Source of the DNA: an uncultured virus (IMG/VR IMGVR_UViG_3300048919_000076)
Taxonomy: Duplodnaviria; Heunggongvirae; Uroviricota; Caudoviricetes
Virus record (IMG/VR): IMGVR_UViG_3300048919_000076
Reading direction: 5' to 3' (one strand)
Length of the DNA: 64,000 nt
Part shown: piece after piece, positions 29,454-39,613 of the stretch
Numbering within the stretch: the first letter of the stretch is position 1
Layout: every line of letters starts with the position of its first letter
Made by a program: the position numbers and the translations under genes
Notes under the pieces: generated by a model
Seen by the model: only the letters and a program-made list of their open reading frames with translations
The model's database searches: none
What the model was told of the DNA's origin: nothing

Positions 29454-30734
29454 TCAGACTGAAAGGAACCCATTAATTTGCACACGTCTGATACTTCCCG
29501 CAAGACGAGCGCGGAATACAAAGACACCGGCAGTACGTTGAGCGCGGAGTGTTGGGCTGATGGTACTTACATCTGGGGTACTCACGCTCCAACCACGATC
29601 AATCAGGCCATTTGCTTCTGCTTGAGAAAGTACAGAACGAATTTCATTTTCGATAATAGCAAGACCCGGATTTGTCATCGGAACTTTCAAACTATTAATC
29701 AAACGGAAATACACGCCTTCCTGAAGTCGGGCATAAAGCCAGTCGATCCCTACAATTTCGTCAATAGGCGAACCACCAAAAGTATCACCATCTTGGAAGA
29801 TGTTAACACCGGCAACAGTGGTGTACATGTTGCAGTTTTTATTACGAAGATTTACACGTTGAGTGTCAGTAAGATTACTTACGGTTACACCAACAGCACG
29901 TTTGAAGTCCCAGTCGTTCGAACCCGGAGTGTAGGGGAGTTGAGCACCCATCCAAGCAGCTTCTGGAAATTCAGTGTCAGCAGTTGGCAGATAGATACCA
30001 TAAGTGCGATCAGCAGTCTTATCACTCAACTTCTTAGCGATGTCTGTAATACCAGTAGTTGGAGTTACAGTATCAGCAGTGGAAGTACCATACAACTTAC
30101 GACGTGCATTAATCGCATCACTCAGAGCTTCTACGTCAGCAGAAACATGAGTCTCGGAAACAATACCGTACCAAACATTGTTTTCTTGTTCTACAGCTTC
30201 AAGAGCTTCAACCCAATCTTCAGTTACAGTGTTAACACCAACAAGATTAGCCGAAGCTGTAACACTCCAAGGAGTACCAAGTACAGTGGTGGTCAGAACT
30301 AGAGTGGTAGTACCGGATACTGTAATACCTGTAGGAGTACCAATAGCGGCTTTCAGACCAGTAACGATAGTGGTAGCAGTCGCGCCAACACCCGAAGTGA
30401 AGGTGTATGGAGCACCATTCAAGGTAACACTATACAGGGTATTGTCTGCTACAGTTGGGGTATAGGTTACAGCATCAACTTGACGACGACCTACAACAAT
30501 CGAAGGAGGTACAGCACCAACAGAAGATTGACCAAACAACTTAGTTGCAATCTTAGATACGTTACTGGTAGATTCGAAATCATCGCCTACAGCAGTGATA
30601 TCAGTGTAAGTACGGGTGCGTTCGGAGAAATTTGTAAAGGTTGCAAGAACCAACGGAATCTGGAAGCTTGCGGTGGCTACGGCTGTAGACTCACGGGTGA
30701 TCGTGATAGAAACGATCTGGTCCAATTCACTCAT
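29454..30734 (-). CDS. Tail sheath protein (DUF3383-like)
   Basis: Size, position, GIDWL..RLQ and LAG.I..V.I.G motifs. Confidence 0.9.
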   Translation of the reverse strand: MSELDQIVSITITRESTAVATASFQIPLVLATFTNFSERTRTYTDITAVGDDFESTSNVSKIATKLFGQSSVGAVPPSIVVGRRQVDAVTYTPTVADNTLYSVTLNGAPYTFTSGVGATATTIVTGLKAAIGTPTGITVSGTTTLVLTTTVLGTPWSVTASANLVGVNTVTEDWVEALEAVEQENNVWYGIVSETHVSADVEALSDAINARRKLYGTSTADTVTPTTGITDIAKKLSDKTADRTYGIYLPTADTEFPEAAWMGAQLPYTPGSNDWDFKRAVGVTVSNLTDTQRVNLRNKNCNMYTTVAGVNIFQDGDTFGGSPIDEIVGIDWLYARLQEGVYFRLINSLKVPMTNPGLAIIENEIRSVLSQAEANGLIDRGWSVSTPDVSTISPTLRAQRTAGVFVFRARLAGSIRRVQINGFLSV

Positions 30735-30810
30735 TGGTTCACCTCTGTATAATTAAAAGACATTCGTTAATCCTTATTTTATTGTTAAACTGCGGCATAC
30801 GAATGCCTTC

Positions 30811-31341
30811 TTACGGAATTATGATACCTTCGGGAACTGTAAAAACTCCCGTTTGTTCGGAGTCCACAATAATAGATTCGACCCAATCGCTAATCTCTGA
30901 AGTATTCACGATGTAGTTAAAGGTTACGTCTAAGTTGTGATATTCCACCCACTTGGTATCTCTTTTCTGTGGGGCTCTGCGTATTTGACTCTTACGCATA
31001 AATGCTAAATTATTCTTTGTTAAAGCTTCTCTTGACACAGGGACATTGTTAATTCTCTGAGTAAAGCTTTGAGACATGTCACCAGACAAGCTACCGACAA
31101 AGCTAAATTGAACCATCACTTCGTACACAACCCTAACATCTAACTTATAATCGGTACGTGTTTGAGCTGAAGTACTATTATGACCCTGTTGTTCAATATT
31201 AAGAATATTAATTACAACATAACTCTCAGCAGGTTCTGTACCATTATTGTGACTGAAGATTACCGGAGTAGTTGGATATTCTGATAATGCTGCAAGAGCC
31301 CCAAGTCTGATTGCTTTTCGGACATCTGTGTAAATTGGCAT
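30811..31341 (-). CDS. Neck/tail terminator protein
   Basis: Immediately upstream of the sheath gene. Confidence 0.65.
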   Translation of the reverse strand: MPIYTDVRKAIRLGALAALSEYPTTPVIFSHNNGTEPAESYVVINILNIEQQGHNSTSAQTRTDYKLDVRVVYEVMVQFSFVGSLSGDMSQSFTQRINNVPVSREALTKNNLAFMRKSQIRRAPQKRDTKWVEYHNLDVTFNYIVNTSEISDWVESIIVDSEQTGVFTVPEGIIIP

Positions 31342-31350
31342 ATGATGTCC

Positions 31351-31719
31351 TTAGTTTGGGGTTAGTTCTATTCTTGCGGCTTTACCCTCAAAATGATCAC
31401 GAGGCCCCATCTGGTATTGCTGGACCTTCATCATTTCGTAAAGTTCACCATTCCATGTGAATCGATCCCCACCATATCCGGCAGTACCTTCCTTCTTGTG
31501 TCGAATAGGGTCAGCCGTGAAGAACCACAACCAAGCTTTTGTTCTATCAGACTCAGGAAGAAGCATTACTTGATAATCAGTAAAAGGATGGACGTTAGCT
31601 TGTACAGTAACGGTTGAGTCAGCACCTTCAATCCATTCACCATCAACATACGAACCTGCTGCTTGTCGAGTAATAACGACAGGAGTTTTTCTAACTAAAG
31701 TAAATTCTGCAACTGACAT
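31351..31719 (-). CDS. Head closure protein
   Basis: G.YVDGEW; LLPE.DR; position. Confidence 0.65.
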   Translation of the reverse strand: MSVAEFTLVRKTPVVITRQAAGSYVDGEWIEGADSTVTVQANVHPFTDYQVMLLPESDRTKAWLWFFTADPIRHKKEGTAGYGGDRFTWNGELYEMMKVQQYQMGPRDHFEGKAARIELTPN

Positions 31720-32195
31720 TAGTCATCTCCCCGTTTAGCTACTTCGAAGTCTGTTGTTTCATACATGGTCCCACTATCAATCAGAGGATTATTAAATCCT
31801 TTATTCTCGATTGTTTTAGGGCTGTTTGGTGGTGTGTCCCATTTAGCAATAACATCTTTCATGTCTGTTACAAATACCGGACCAAGCTTTGTGTACTCTT
31901 GTTTGAAAGAACTCTTACCTTCAGCAATCCTTTGCATACTTTCTACAAAGAGCTTATCGTAGACTCCCTTCTTAACTGGTCCCATAAAACCTACTCGTAT
32001 GAAAGGTCTTGTTGGGTTAGTTGTTGAACCTTCTTCGTTCCACTGTGCTACTTGAGCAACAGGTAGGTTATCATTCTCAGGTCCGTAGTTTGATCCTTCA
32101 AACCAACCAATACGAAGTTCTTCTTGAGAACCTTTAAGAAGTTCTTTCTTTAATTTATTCCAACCAGACTTATCTACTTTTAGTTTGAAACTCAT
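31719..32195 (-). CDS. Neck/tail completion protein
   Basis: P.RPF; PNSPKTI..KG.N.PLIDSG. Confidence 0.75.
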   Translation of the reverse strand: MSFKLKVDKSGWNKLKKELLKGSQEELRIGWFEGSNYGPENDNLPVAQVAQWNEEGSTTNPTRPFIRVGFMGPVKKGVYDKLFVESMQRIAEGKSSFKQEYTKLGPVFVTDMKDVIAKWDTPPNSPKTIENKGFNNPLIDSGTMYETTDFEVAKRGDD

Positions 32196-32686
32196 TCGAA
32201 AGCATCCAACTCCCAACCAACGAATTGGATGGCAGAATCGATACCAAAGAAAGTAGAAGCATCTCTTGTAGAGTTACCATGATTATAAGGCTTCTCACCC
32301 TTATCAAATCCTTGATAAATAGGTTGAATATTATTATCTTGGTTAGAATCATTGTTGAACATGTCTACCTTACTAATACCACCAGCGTAAGGAATGATCC
32401 TTGTAGACAGTAATGAGGCCGGGGTTTTAATAACGTTCTGTAACGCAGCCAGATAAGCTGTGGAATAAGAGTTCCACACTTCATAATTCCCTGCTCTTTC
32501 ACGAGTAGGATAACTAGCAATTCGTAATGAAATGATGATTGCAGCTTTAATAGCAGCTTGCCAAACATCACCATTAGTTGTTTCTAAAAGATATTCATAG
32601 GTTTCGTCATCTAGGATTGGATAGAGAGGGTTTCCCTCTACATCACCTACAATGATTTTAACCTTGTCTGTATCTGTCAGGGCCAT
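32192..32686 (-). CDS. Head-tail adaptor protein
   Basis: V...VGD...P.LDDE....LL; PYAGGIS. Confidence 0.7.
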   Translation of the reverse strand: MALTDTDKVKIIVGDVEGNPLYPILDDETYEYLLETTNGDVWQAAIKAAIIISLRIASYPTRERAGNYEVWNSYSTAYLAALQNVIKTPASLLSTRIIPYAGGISKVDMFNNDSNQDNNIQPIYQGFDKGEKPYNHGNSTRDASTFFGIDSAIQFVGWELDAFE

Positions 32687-32699
32687 GCAGCCTCCTTAT

Positions 32700-32728
32700 A
32701 AAGTAAAGGAGGGCAGACAAGCTGCCCC
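32700..32728 (-). terminator. Terminator (hairpin identical to 28027-28044)
   Basis: GGGGCAGCTTGTCTGCCCTC followed by CTTTACTTT. Confidence 0.6.
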
Positions 32729-32732
32729 ACAA

Positions 32733-33077
32733 TCAACTGGCAGGCATAATCCCGGCAGTAATAAGTTTTGTCAGCAAAGCATTATATGCAGTGGTAACAG
32801 CTGCAAGGGATGCAAAGTCTGGAGACTGTTGTGCTGTGAAAGTAATTTGCTTGACAATACCAGCAGCAGCGGTAGTTGCAGCAACAGTACCAATAGCAGT
32901 ACGTGCAGCAGCAGCATCAGTTGCTGTAAGGACAGCGCGACCTACAGTAGTAGAGTCAGTGATGTCAGCAGCTTGTACAGAAGCACCACCATCATTTACG
33001 TTTGTAATTACACGATCAATTACAGTGAAGACATCGCCCCAAGAACGCTCTTGGATAGTTGTTTTTACAATAGCCAT
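32733..33077 (-). CDS. Putative head fibre/decoration protein
   Basis: TTVGRAVLTA.DAAAARTAIG; YNALL.KL..AGIM; follows the capsid gene. Confidence 0.65.
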   Translation of the reverse strand: MAIVKTTIQERSWGDVFTVIDRVITNVNDGGASVQAADITDSTTVGRAVLTATDAAAARTAIGTVAATTAAAGIVKQITFTAQQSPDFASLAAVTTAYNALLTKLITAGIMPAS

Positions 33078-33140
33078 TTCAAACTCCTAATCTATTTAAA
33101 CTGTAAGGGCACCAAACGATGCCCTTTATTTCAAAGACTA

Positions 33141-34184
33141 TTAAGTCGAAGAAATCAGCTTAACGAGTACTTGAGGCTGAGTGACGAAGTATAGAGGAGA
33201 AGTCTCAACTTGCATCTCGTGGAACTCATCTTTAGGATCGGTGAACTCGTATGCAAACATCTCAACACCAACACCGTTAGCACCACCCAGCTTGTTGCTT
33301 GGGCCGTAGTAACCACGGAACAGATCATTCACAACTGGCAGAACGTGACCAGTATCGGTAGCAACAGCTACTTCGGTAGTATCGTTAGGCAGTTTGAAGA
33401 TGTGATCGTAGGTGATGAAAGTAACACCTTTGTAGGTGAACTGATCTACCGAACCCCAAGCCATGAATTGGTTGGTGCTGTTACGGTTAATCTCAACTTG
33501 CGAAGCGTAGTACAGATAAGCTTGGCGAATCATTGGGTGACTAACCAGTTTATCGAAGAAACTACCATCTACAACAACACGAATACCGCCACCAATGGTG
33601 GAACCAGTTTTAAGGTTGGTTTGCAGATAACGCTTCAGTTGCGAGATTTTAGCGTTAACGTCGGTGGACGCATCACCAAGATCGAAGTCAATCACTTGTT
33701 GGGTGATACCAAACTGGGTGAACATGTCAGCAATTACAGCACCATCAGGGGTCTTCATGATACCCTTGGCAGCTTGCAACTTCATGTACTCAAGCGATTG
33801 TTCAACTTGGGCTTTCATGTCGGTCAGTTTTTGTACACGAACACGGGCCATTTGCTCAGGAGCGTCTGGGGTGCCCGGCATACGCCAGCCTTGAATATCT
33901 TCAGGAGTGATATAGTCACTGTGCTTGAAGTAAGCCAAAGGCAGGGAGAAGGTTTCAACTTTACGGTCGTTACCTTTGGTAGTATCACGGGAACGACGGC
34001 TTACTTGTGGAAGCAAGGTAGTATCGTTCATGCTCTTGTCAAAGACAATAGCGGTTTGGGTGGTGCCTTGAGTACGGAAAAGATCCATACCGCCAATCAA
34101 ACCAGCCTGATTGTCAAGGTTATTAATTTCGGATGTCCAGTCTACAAGCTGGAAGCCATTGCCAAAACTACGAGTAGTTGCCAT
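33141..34184 (-). CDS. Major capsid protein (lambda gpE-like)
   Basis: 347 aa, follows the decoration gene; DMFTQFGI; ETSPL...QP..LV. Confidence 0.9.
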   Translation of the reverse strand: MATTRSFGNGFQLVDWTSEINNLDNQAGLIGGMDLFRTQGTTQTAIVFDKSMNDTTLLPQVSRRSRDTTKGNDRKVETFSLPLAYFKHSDYITPEDIQGWRMPGTPDAPEQMARVRVQKLTDMKAQVEQSLEYMKLQAAKGIMKTPDGAVIADMFTQFGITQQVIDFDLGDASTDVNAKISQLKRYLQTNLKTGSTIGGGIRVVVDGSFFDKLVSHPMIRQAYLYYASQVEINRNSTNQFMAWGSVDQFTYKGVTFITYDHIFKLPNDTTEVAVATDTGHVLPVVNDLFRGYYGPSNKLGGANGVGVEMFAYEFTDPKDEFHEMQVETSPLYFVTQPQVLVKLISST

Positions 34185-34197
34185 TATTTATTATTCC

Positions 34198-34626
34198 TTA
34201 CGCGAATTGGTTCGGTTGATCGATTACTTGAATCCCTACAGCTTCCATCTGTGCGTACACAGCAGCAAGCTCAGGAGCAGTATCAACAGATGCACCAAAA
34301 ACCAAGTAACTCTTACCTACGCCAGCAGGACCACGGAACAGAACAGTTACCGAAGTATCAGTGGTAGCAGCGATGGATTGTTTGTTATCGCCATCAGGCT
34401 TGCCAATGTAGATACCAGCGAAGTTCTGGCTACCATCTACAGCAGTAGCTTCCAGAATCTTGTATTTACCAGTGGCAGTAACCAAACCAAGAACAGTACC
34501 AATCACATAGGATTTGATAGCAGCTTCGTTAGCGGTTACGACTTTACGGCAGTGGCCGTACTCAGGATGATCTTCATATTGCAGTACAGCGCCAAGGCGA
34601 GTAGAGCGAGTGTCAATTGCAGCCAT
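34198..34626 (-). CDS. Head decoration protein (gpD-like)
   Basis: GTVLG...ATGKY......DGSQ..AGI. Confidence 0.85.
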   Translation of the reverse strand: MAAIDTRSTRLGAVLQYEDHPEYGHCRKVVTANEAAIKSYVIGTVLGLVTATGKYKILEATAVDGSQNFAGIYIGKPDGDNKQSIAATTDTSVTVLFRGPAGVGKSYLVFGASVDTAPELAAVYAQMEAVGIQVIDQPNQFA

Positions 34627-34668
34627 ATTATTTGAAACTCCTAGCTAGGATTTTATTGATAAACAATA

Positions 34669-35622
34669 TTATTGTTTTTTACTTTTGTTAATAAGTTCAC
34701 CAACAAGATTCAGACCAGCTTCTTCTTGTTTCTTAGGTTCACCTTCACCGCTAACACCTTTCTCTTTGAAAAGGTCAGAGTCTTTTTCGTCTTTGGCTTT
34801 GTTGCCAAGGGACTTCAGAACTGCTTCAAATGCTTCGTCAGCCAATGCTTCGGTTGCTTTGAACAGACCTTCTGCTTCTTCTTTGCTAACTACAGCTTCA
34901 AGCTTTTCTTTACGGGCTTTAGCTACGACTTCCAGTTTCTCAGCCTTGAACACTTCCAGATCAGCGAGTGCTTTAGTCAGGGCAGATTCTTTTTCTACGA
35001 GCTGTGCTTTAAGAATTGCTTCAGCAGCATCAACTGCTTTCTTGATTTCTTGTTCCAAAATTTCTACCTCAGATTTTTTAAGTTCTTGCGCTTTGTGCAT
35101 CAACAATAGATGCTCTTGTGTATCTTTGTTTTGAAGGGCTTTAGTTACAAGGCTATAGATTCCTTCTTCTAGTTTATCTTCCGCATCTTCAGACAGAAGC
35201 ATTTCCCCAGACTCAGGTACGTATGAAATAACACGAGTCATGGGTTTGGCCAAATCACCAAGGGTGACCTTTCCATCTACAAGAGTGTAATCTACCGAAA
35301 ATAGACCACCCTCACTACAGAAGAGAACAATGGAATCATTATAATCTTCTACATACAGCCAATGATCGTCATCACCGAAAGCTTCACGAACTGCACTAGA
35401 AAGTGCCTCACTAACTTTGGATGCGAACATTGATTTGTTGATAAGTGACTTATCCAAGCCCAAAGCTACAAGAGCCTTTTCAACATCGTCAGTAATAGTT
35501 GCATCAGACTTCATAAGAAGCGATACATTACGTCCGTTAGCAGCGCCACCCTGCAAAGCATTGTGAGTAAGTGCTAGATGAGGACGTTTACTATCATCTT
35601 TTGTTTTAATAATCAAAGGCAT
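34669..35622 (-). CDS. Scaffolding-like protein
   Basis: Charged coiled-coil C-terminus, between protease and decoration genes. Confidence 0.7.
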   Translation of the reverse strand: MPLIIKTKDDSKRPHLALTHNALQGGAANGRNVSLLMKSDATITDDVEKALVALGLDKSLINKSMFASKVSEALSSAVREAFGDDDHWLYVEDYNDSIVLFCSEGGLFSVDYTLVDGKVTLGDLAKPMTRVISYVPESGEMLLSEDAEDKLEEGIYSLVTKALQNKDTQEHLLLMHKAQELKKSEVEILEQEIKKAVDAAEAILKAQLVEKESALTKALADLEVFKAEKLEVVAKARKEKLEAVVSKEEAEGLFKATEALADEAFEAVLKSLGNKAKDEKDSDLFKEKGVSGEGEPKKQEEAGLNLVGELINKSKKQ

Positions 35623-36326
35623 TATTCACCACCATCGAATGTGACATTGGTGATTTCACCAGTCTTTTGATTGATCTTACCTTTACCGCCGATACTTACA
35701 CCACCGATGACACCAGACTTCTTGAGGTTCCAAAGATCCTCACTATGGTACTGAACCTTTGCAATCCAAGTACCAGCCTTAATGACTTCATCAGTTTGAA
35801 CTACTTTCACATCCAATTCCTTTTGAACCCAAGTGGATTCAATAGTGAATGCATCAGTTTGTTCAAGGTGGAACAGATTAGCAGTAACAACCCCTTTCTC
35901 AAGGTTCTGATTGAAGTTATCACAAGCTTTTTCAATAGTGTCTTCAGACATCCATTCCCCATGAGCATCCTTCACTAGAGGCTCATAGACAACTTCGTAA
36001 GACACCATTTCTTCGTTGATTTCTTCAACTGCCTGTGTCTCGGTAGAGGCACTCCCAAAGAACTTCTCAATGAAGCTAGAGAACATGTCAATCATTTCAG
36101 AAGCTTTGAGGATGTTAGGTAGTTCATTATCTGGATAGAATTTCTTGTAAGCAGCACGAACTTTCTTCTTTACTGCTGGAAGATCAGCTTCCGGGATATC
36201 TACTTTGTTACCTCTGAAACCTTTACCAAGAGCTGCAACCGCGTCTGCTGTATGTCGGGCATCAGAGATATTAAGCTTTGCTTTAGACTCATTTTCGGGG
36301 TCTGGATTATATGCGTAAGTAGTCAT
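35622..36326 (-). CDS. Prohead serine protease (XkdF-like) with an extra N-terminal domain
   Basis: VVYEP..KDAHGE...H...GTW....LW...K.G.I.G.SIGG. Confidence 0.8.
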   Translation of the reverse strand: MTTYAYNPDPENESKAKLNISDARHTADAVAALGKGFRGNKVDIPEADLPAVKKKVRAAYKKFYPDNELPNILKASEMIDMFSSFIEKFFGSASTETQAVEEINEEMVSYEVVYEPLVKDAHGEWMSEDTIEKACDNFNQNLEKGVVTANLFHLEQTDAFTIESTWVQKELDVKVVQTDEVIKAGTWIAKVQYHSEDLWNLKKSGVIGGVSIGGKGKINQKTGEITNVTFDGGE

Positions 36327-37907
36327 TTATTCAGACTCCCTTTTAAGTTCATCATAGTCTTCTTTCATAAATCTGAATGACTTCCCATTGACAACCACAT
36401 CTACAAACTCCTCACCTTTAAAAAGTTGTGCAGATTTATTCTCAAGATTACCTACAGAGTTATCATTAGATCCGATTGGACTCTTACTTGTACCTTCACC
36501 GGCTGTTTTTTGGCCTTCACCTGCACCGGATTCATAACCAGTCAGTTGAGGTTTAAGTTCATCCAAACTTAGCTCAGAATCATGTCGTGTTGGTAAGCCT
36601 ACCCAATCAGCAACTTGATTAATGTTTTCAGGGGTAACAGCAATCAAACCAACAGATGCTGCACGTTGCAAGTACTTGGAGAGAACATCCAAATCTTCTT
36701 CTTTAATCTGGTCGTATTCAAAACAAGGAAGACGATCCAAACTCCAGCCATTCAACTTCCACAATTGCGGGATTAGGTCGGTGTTCAAAGGATCTTGAAT
36801 CTCTTTCAGATAGCTTTCAACTGCCATGTGAACAATACTGGACTTAGAGTCAGCGAGGTTGAACGAACCACCCTTACTGTTACCCATCTGCAAGATATCA
36901 GCGAACAGCGCTTGAAGGATCTTATTATCCCAACGAGTAATGGCTTTATCAGTGTCATACTGACTAGCATTAGGTGGGCCGATCAGTTCAAAGTCAAACA
37001 GACTGTTATTCTGATCATCATAGAACTTTGGCATAATAATACATGCTTGTTCATTGTTCTGAAGATTACGGCCAATATTCTTAAAGGCTTCAACAGTTGC
37101 CATTTGATCAGCAGTGGCATCAGCTTTGAGATAGTCAGCGGGGATATCAAACTTAGGAATACCACCCAAACCACGAGTGATACCAACAGCTTCAGACTCT
37201 TCAATCTGTTTACGATAACGCCAAGCTTTGTAAACTTTGCTCAGAGGAGAGCGACCTTGTGGGTTATCTCGACTTACATCTGTACGGAACAGAAGGAACT
37301 TATGACGTTCAATATCAATCTGACCACCGTATTGTGAGCTGTTAGCTAGACGATAACCATCAACTAGGAAACTTGTGTCTTGTACAACACCGCTAAGTTC
37401 ACGTCCGTCATCACTAAAGAGCCAACGATAAATAGTAGTCTGAGAGCGAGTTGCTAGCTTCTCAATACCAACAAGTCCGTCATCAAAGCGAGAACCATTA
37501 CTGAGGCGTCTACGCCGATACACTTTCTCTTGGATAGCATATCCGTATGTGAACATGCTAGTAACCTCTTTTATGAAAGAGAACCAACTATGTTCCATGT
37601 CATCCATACATTGTTGAAGGAATTGTACTTTCTTCAAATCATCTTCAGTAGGATCATTCGGAGGAGTTACTTTCCAAGATACTCGGCTAATCATCATAGA
37701 GAACAATGAAAGAGCAGAAGCAATTGTTGCATCTTCCCCCATTTCTTGGTAAGTACGGTTGGCTCTGGGCCAGGTCAAATCGCGTCTTTGCTCTTCAAGG
37801 ATAATACCATCGAACTCACGAAGACCTGTCCAGCCTACCTCCGACATCTTCATACGAAGTGCAGGGTTATCACCGGCAGAGAGGTCTAGATTGTCATTTT
37901 CTGCCAT
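36327..37907 (-). CDS. Portal protein (DUF935-like)
   Basis: 526 aa, follows terL; NPQGRSPL; GS..LAD.K. Confidence 0.9.
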   Translation of the reverse strand: MAENDNLDLSAGDNPALRMKMSEVGWTGLREFDGIILEEQRRDLTWPRANRTYQEMGEDATIASALSLFSMMISRVSWKVTPPNDPTEDDLKKVQFLQQCMDDMEHSWFSFIKEVTSMFTYGYAIQEKVYRRRRLSNGSRFDDGLVGIEKLATRSQTTIYRWLFSDDGRELSGVVQDTSFLVDGYRLANSSQYGGQIDIERHKFLLFRTDVSRDNPQGRSPLSKVYKAWRYRKQIEESEAVGITRGLGGIPKFDIPADYLKADATADQMATVEAFKNIGRNLQNNEQACIIMPKFYDDQNNSLFDFELIGPPNASQYDTDKAITRWDNKILQALFADILQMGNSKGGSFNLADSKSSIVHMAVESYLKEIQDPLNTDLIPQLWKLNGWSLDRLPCFEYDQIKEEDLDVLSKYLQRAASVGLIAVTPENINQVADWVGLPTRHDSELSLDELKPQLTGYESGAGEGQKTAGEGTSKSPIGSNDNSVGNLENKSAQLFKGEEFVDVVVNGKSFRFMKEDYDELKRESE

Positions 37908-37933
37908 GTTATTCCTTTGTTAAAGTAGGCTAA

Positions 37934-39271
37934 TTAAAAGCTGAATTCATTGGATTTTGTCATGCTGGGCATTGAGAACATCGGAACGTTTAACTTCTGG
38001 GCAAGTGTAATAAATGCATCAGATGAGGCGTCCACTTGGTCATCCTTTACATTACGACTACCATCAAAAGCCTCTAGTTCAAAAAAGTAAGCTTCGTTCC
38101 AAGGGCCTTCAACATATGAAACAAGACCAGCTTCGGATGCTGCTGCGAAAGGTTGGAAACGAACCACTTTAGACTTGTTAGTTGGTCGCATTCTTGCAGC
38201 AAAACCTTCTTCAAGTAGCTCTTTAATCATCATCTTACCGGCTGCAATTCCGGCTTGACCGGGCTCTTGAGGCAATATAATCTGAGTGTTATCAGGATCA
38301 GACTGAGCAGTCTTGATGATGGTTTTCATAACTTCACCATACCGAGCCATAAATGTGATTACGTCTTCGATGATGTACTGTCCTTGTTTTGTCTTTGCAA
38401 TCAAGACTCCACAAGTTTTGTCTGGGCGGGGGTTTGCATCTGATGGCACCGAGCCTGCGATATCCCATGCCCTGCATCGTGACACAATTTCTTGCTCAAA
38501 CATTTTTACCGGGATCACCCAGTCACGCTTGAAAAAACCACTCCCAGAATCGCGTACAAACCAATTCCCAAAAAGCAACCTAGCTTTTTCAGTCCCTTTG
38601 AGACCTTTAAGCCAAGAGACGTATTTTGGGTTAACTTTTTTTACGATTGGATTGTCATCTACGTTAGCACTAATAAAAGTAAACGACAGAGCGTCTTCTT
38701 CTGCTATTCCGTGGTTCTCAACAAGAGCTTCAATTGAATCACCCCAAACAAAGTCACCATCTTGGAAGGAGAAGTATCTTACAATACCGTCTCTGCTTCG
38801 ATCTGGAGTTCCATCTTCATGCAAGTAAGGCTCAACCCACTTCCTCAAGAAATGGTCTGCGTCAGGATTGCAGGTAATCTTTAGATGAGGCTTTACTTCA
38901 GGGCAAGATGGGTTACGCATACGAGACATGATGTATTGAATCATGTGTTGTGTGAACTGCGTACCTTCATCTACATAGAAAAGATTTGCCTCGGCACCTT
39001 GCCATGAGACATCACTTTGATCATTTTCAAAGTGTTTTAAATAGATTTCAGCTCCACTTTTATGGAACAAAAACTTACCGTCCTTAGCTCTCCAAGTGTA
39101 TTCATCTGGCTTATATGCTTGAGAGAAAATACGCTTACACTTAGTTAGAAGTCCACCGGGACCGGTGAGCTGTGGAGTATTCCGTCTGGTCATTACCCCA
39201 ATAAAATTAGGAATATCGGTGTACTTAAGAAAATCAATTACACCGATTTCAGATTTACCAGAACCTGCTGC
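37934..39271 (-). CDS. terL: Terminase large subunit, exon 2
   Basis: Starts at AAGSGKS (Walker A). Walker B FYVDE, TCNP, RAWDIA and KDDQVDA (nuclease). Confidence 0.93.
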   Translation of the reverse strand, partial: AAGSGKSEIGVIDFLKYTDIPNFIGVMTRRNTPQLTGPGGLLTKCKRIFSQAYKPDEYTWRAKDGKFLFHKSGAEIYLKHFENDQSDVSWQGAEANLFYVDEGTQFTQHMIQYIMSRMRNPSCPEVKPHLKITCNPDADHFLRKWVEPYLHEDGTPDRSRDGIVRYFSFQDGDFVWGDSIEALVENHGIAEEDALSFTFISANVDDNPIVKKVNPKYVSWLKGLKGTEKARLLFGNWFVRDSGSGFFKRDWVIPVKMFEQEIVSRCRAWDIAGSVPSDANPRPDKTCGVLIAKTKQGQYIIEDVITFMARYGEVMKTIIKTAQSDPDNTQIILPQEPGQAGIAAGKMMIKELLEEGFAARMRPTNKSKVVRFQPFAAASEAGLVSYVEGPWNEAYFFELEAFDGSRNVKDDQVDASSDAFITLAQKLNVPMFSMPSMTKSNEFSF

Positions 39272-39511
39272 CTTTTCTGTTATAAAGCTCGCTAAGCCTT
39301 CTTAAGTTTCCCTAAGTGTCGGACCAACTCTTAATTCTAAGAATTCTCTCTGTTTCGGGAATCGCTTGATCCCTACTCTACTCACTTCCACATTACTGTG
39401 TGTTTTCGATGGCCTCTACGCACTGTCTTTAAACATTGGCACGGGATTGGCATAGACTAAAGTCCTCAGCTTTCCCCGTTTAAGAGAGTTTTAAATGGAG
39501 GCGCAAAGTTC
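39272..39511 (-). ncRNA. Group I self-splicing intron (240 nt, no ORF) in terL
   Basis: Exon 1 ends GGU, which pairs with intron GCC (U.G). Intron ends in G. AAACGGGGAA, AAUCCCGUG, P7 GGCCA/UGGUC, P3 CUCUCU/AGAGAG. Splicing restores YGG-AAGSGKS. Confidence 0.93.
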
Positions 39512-39613
39512 ACCACCATATAGCGTCACGTCCGTCTGGGCGGCAACATACATGTGTTGCCGCTGACTCACGGGACCGGGTAAAGGAGTTTCTTTACTCT
39601 TTTGTCCAGCCAT
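39512..39613 (-). CDS. terL: Terminase large subunit, exon 1 (34 aa, not in ORF track)
   Basis: MAGQKSKETPLPGPVSQRQHMYVAAQTDVTLYGG; the spliced product is 479 aa. Confidence 0.88.

Noticed and set aside
29478..30302. 274-aa plus-strand ORF opposite the sheath gene
   Set aside because: Same antisense shadow effect.
33210..34367. 385-aa plus-strand ORF opposite the capsid gene
   Set aside because: Antisense shadow of a codon-biased gene; no RBS or recognisable motifs.
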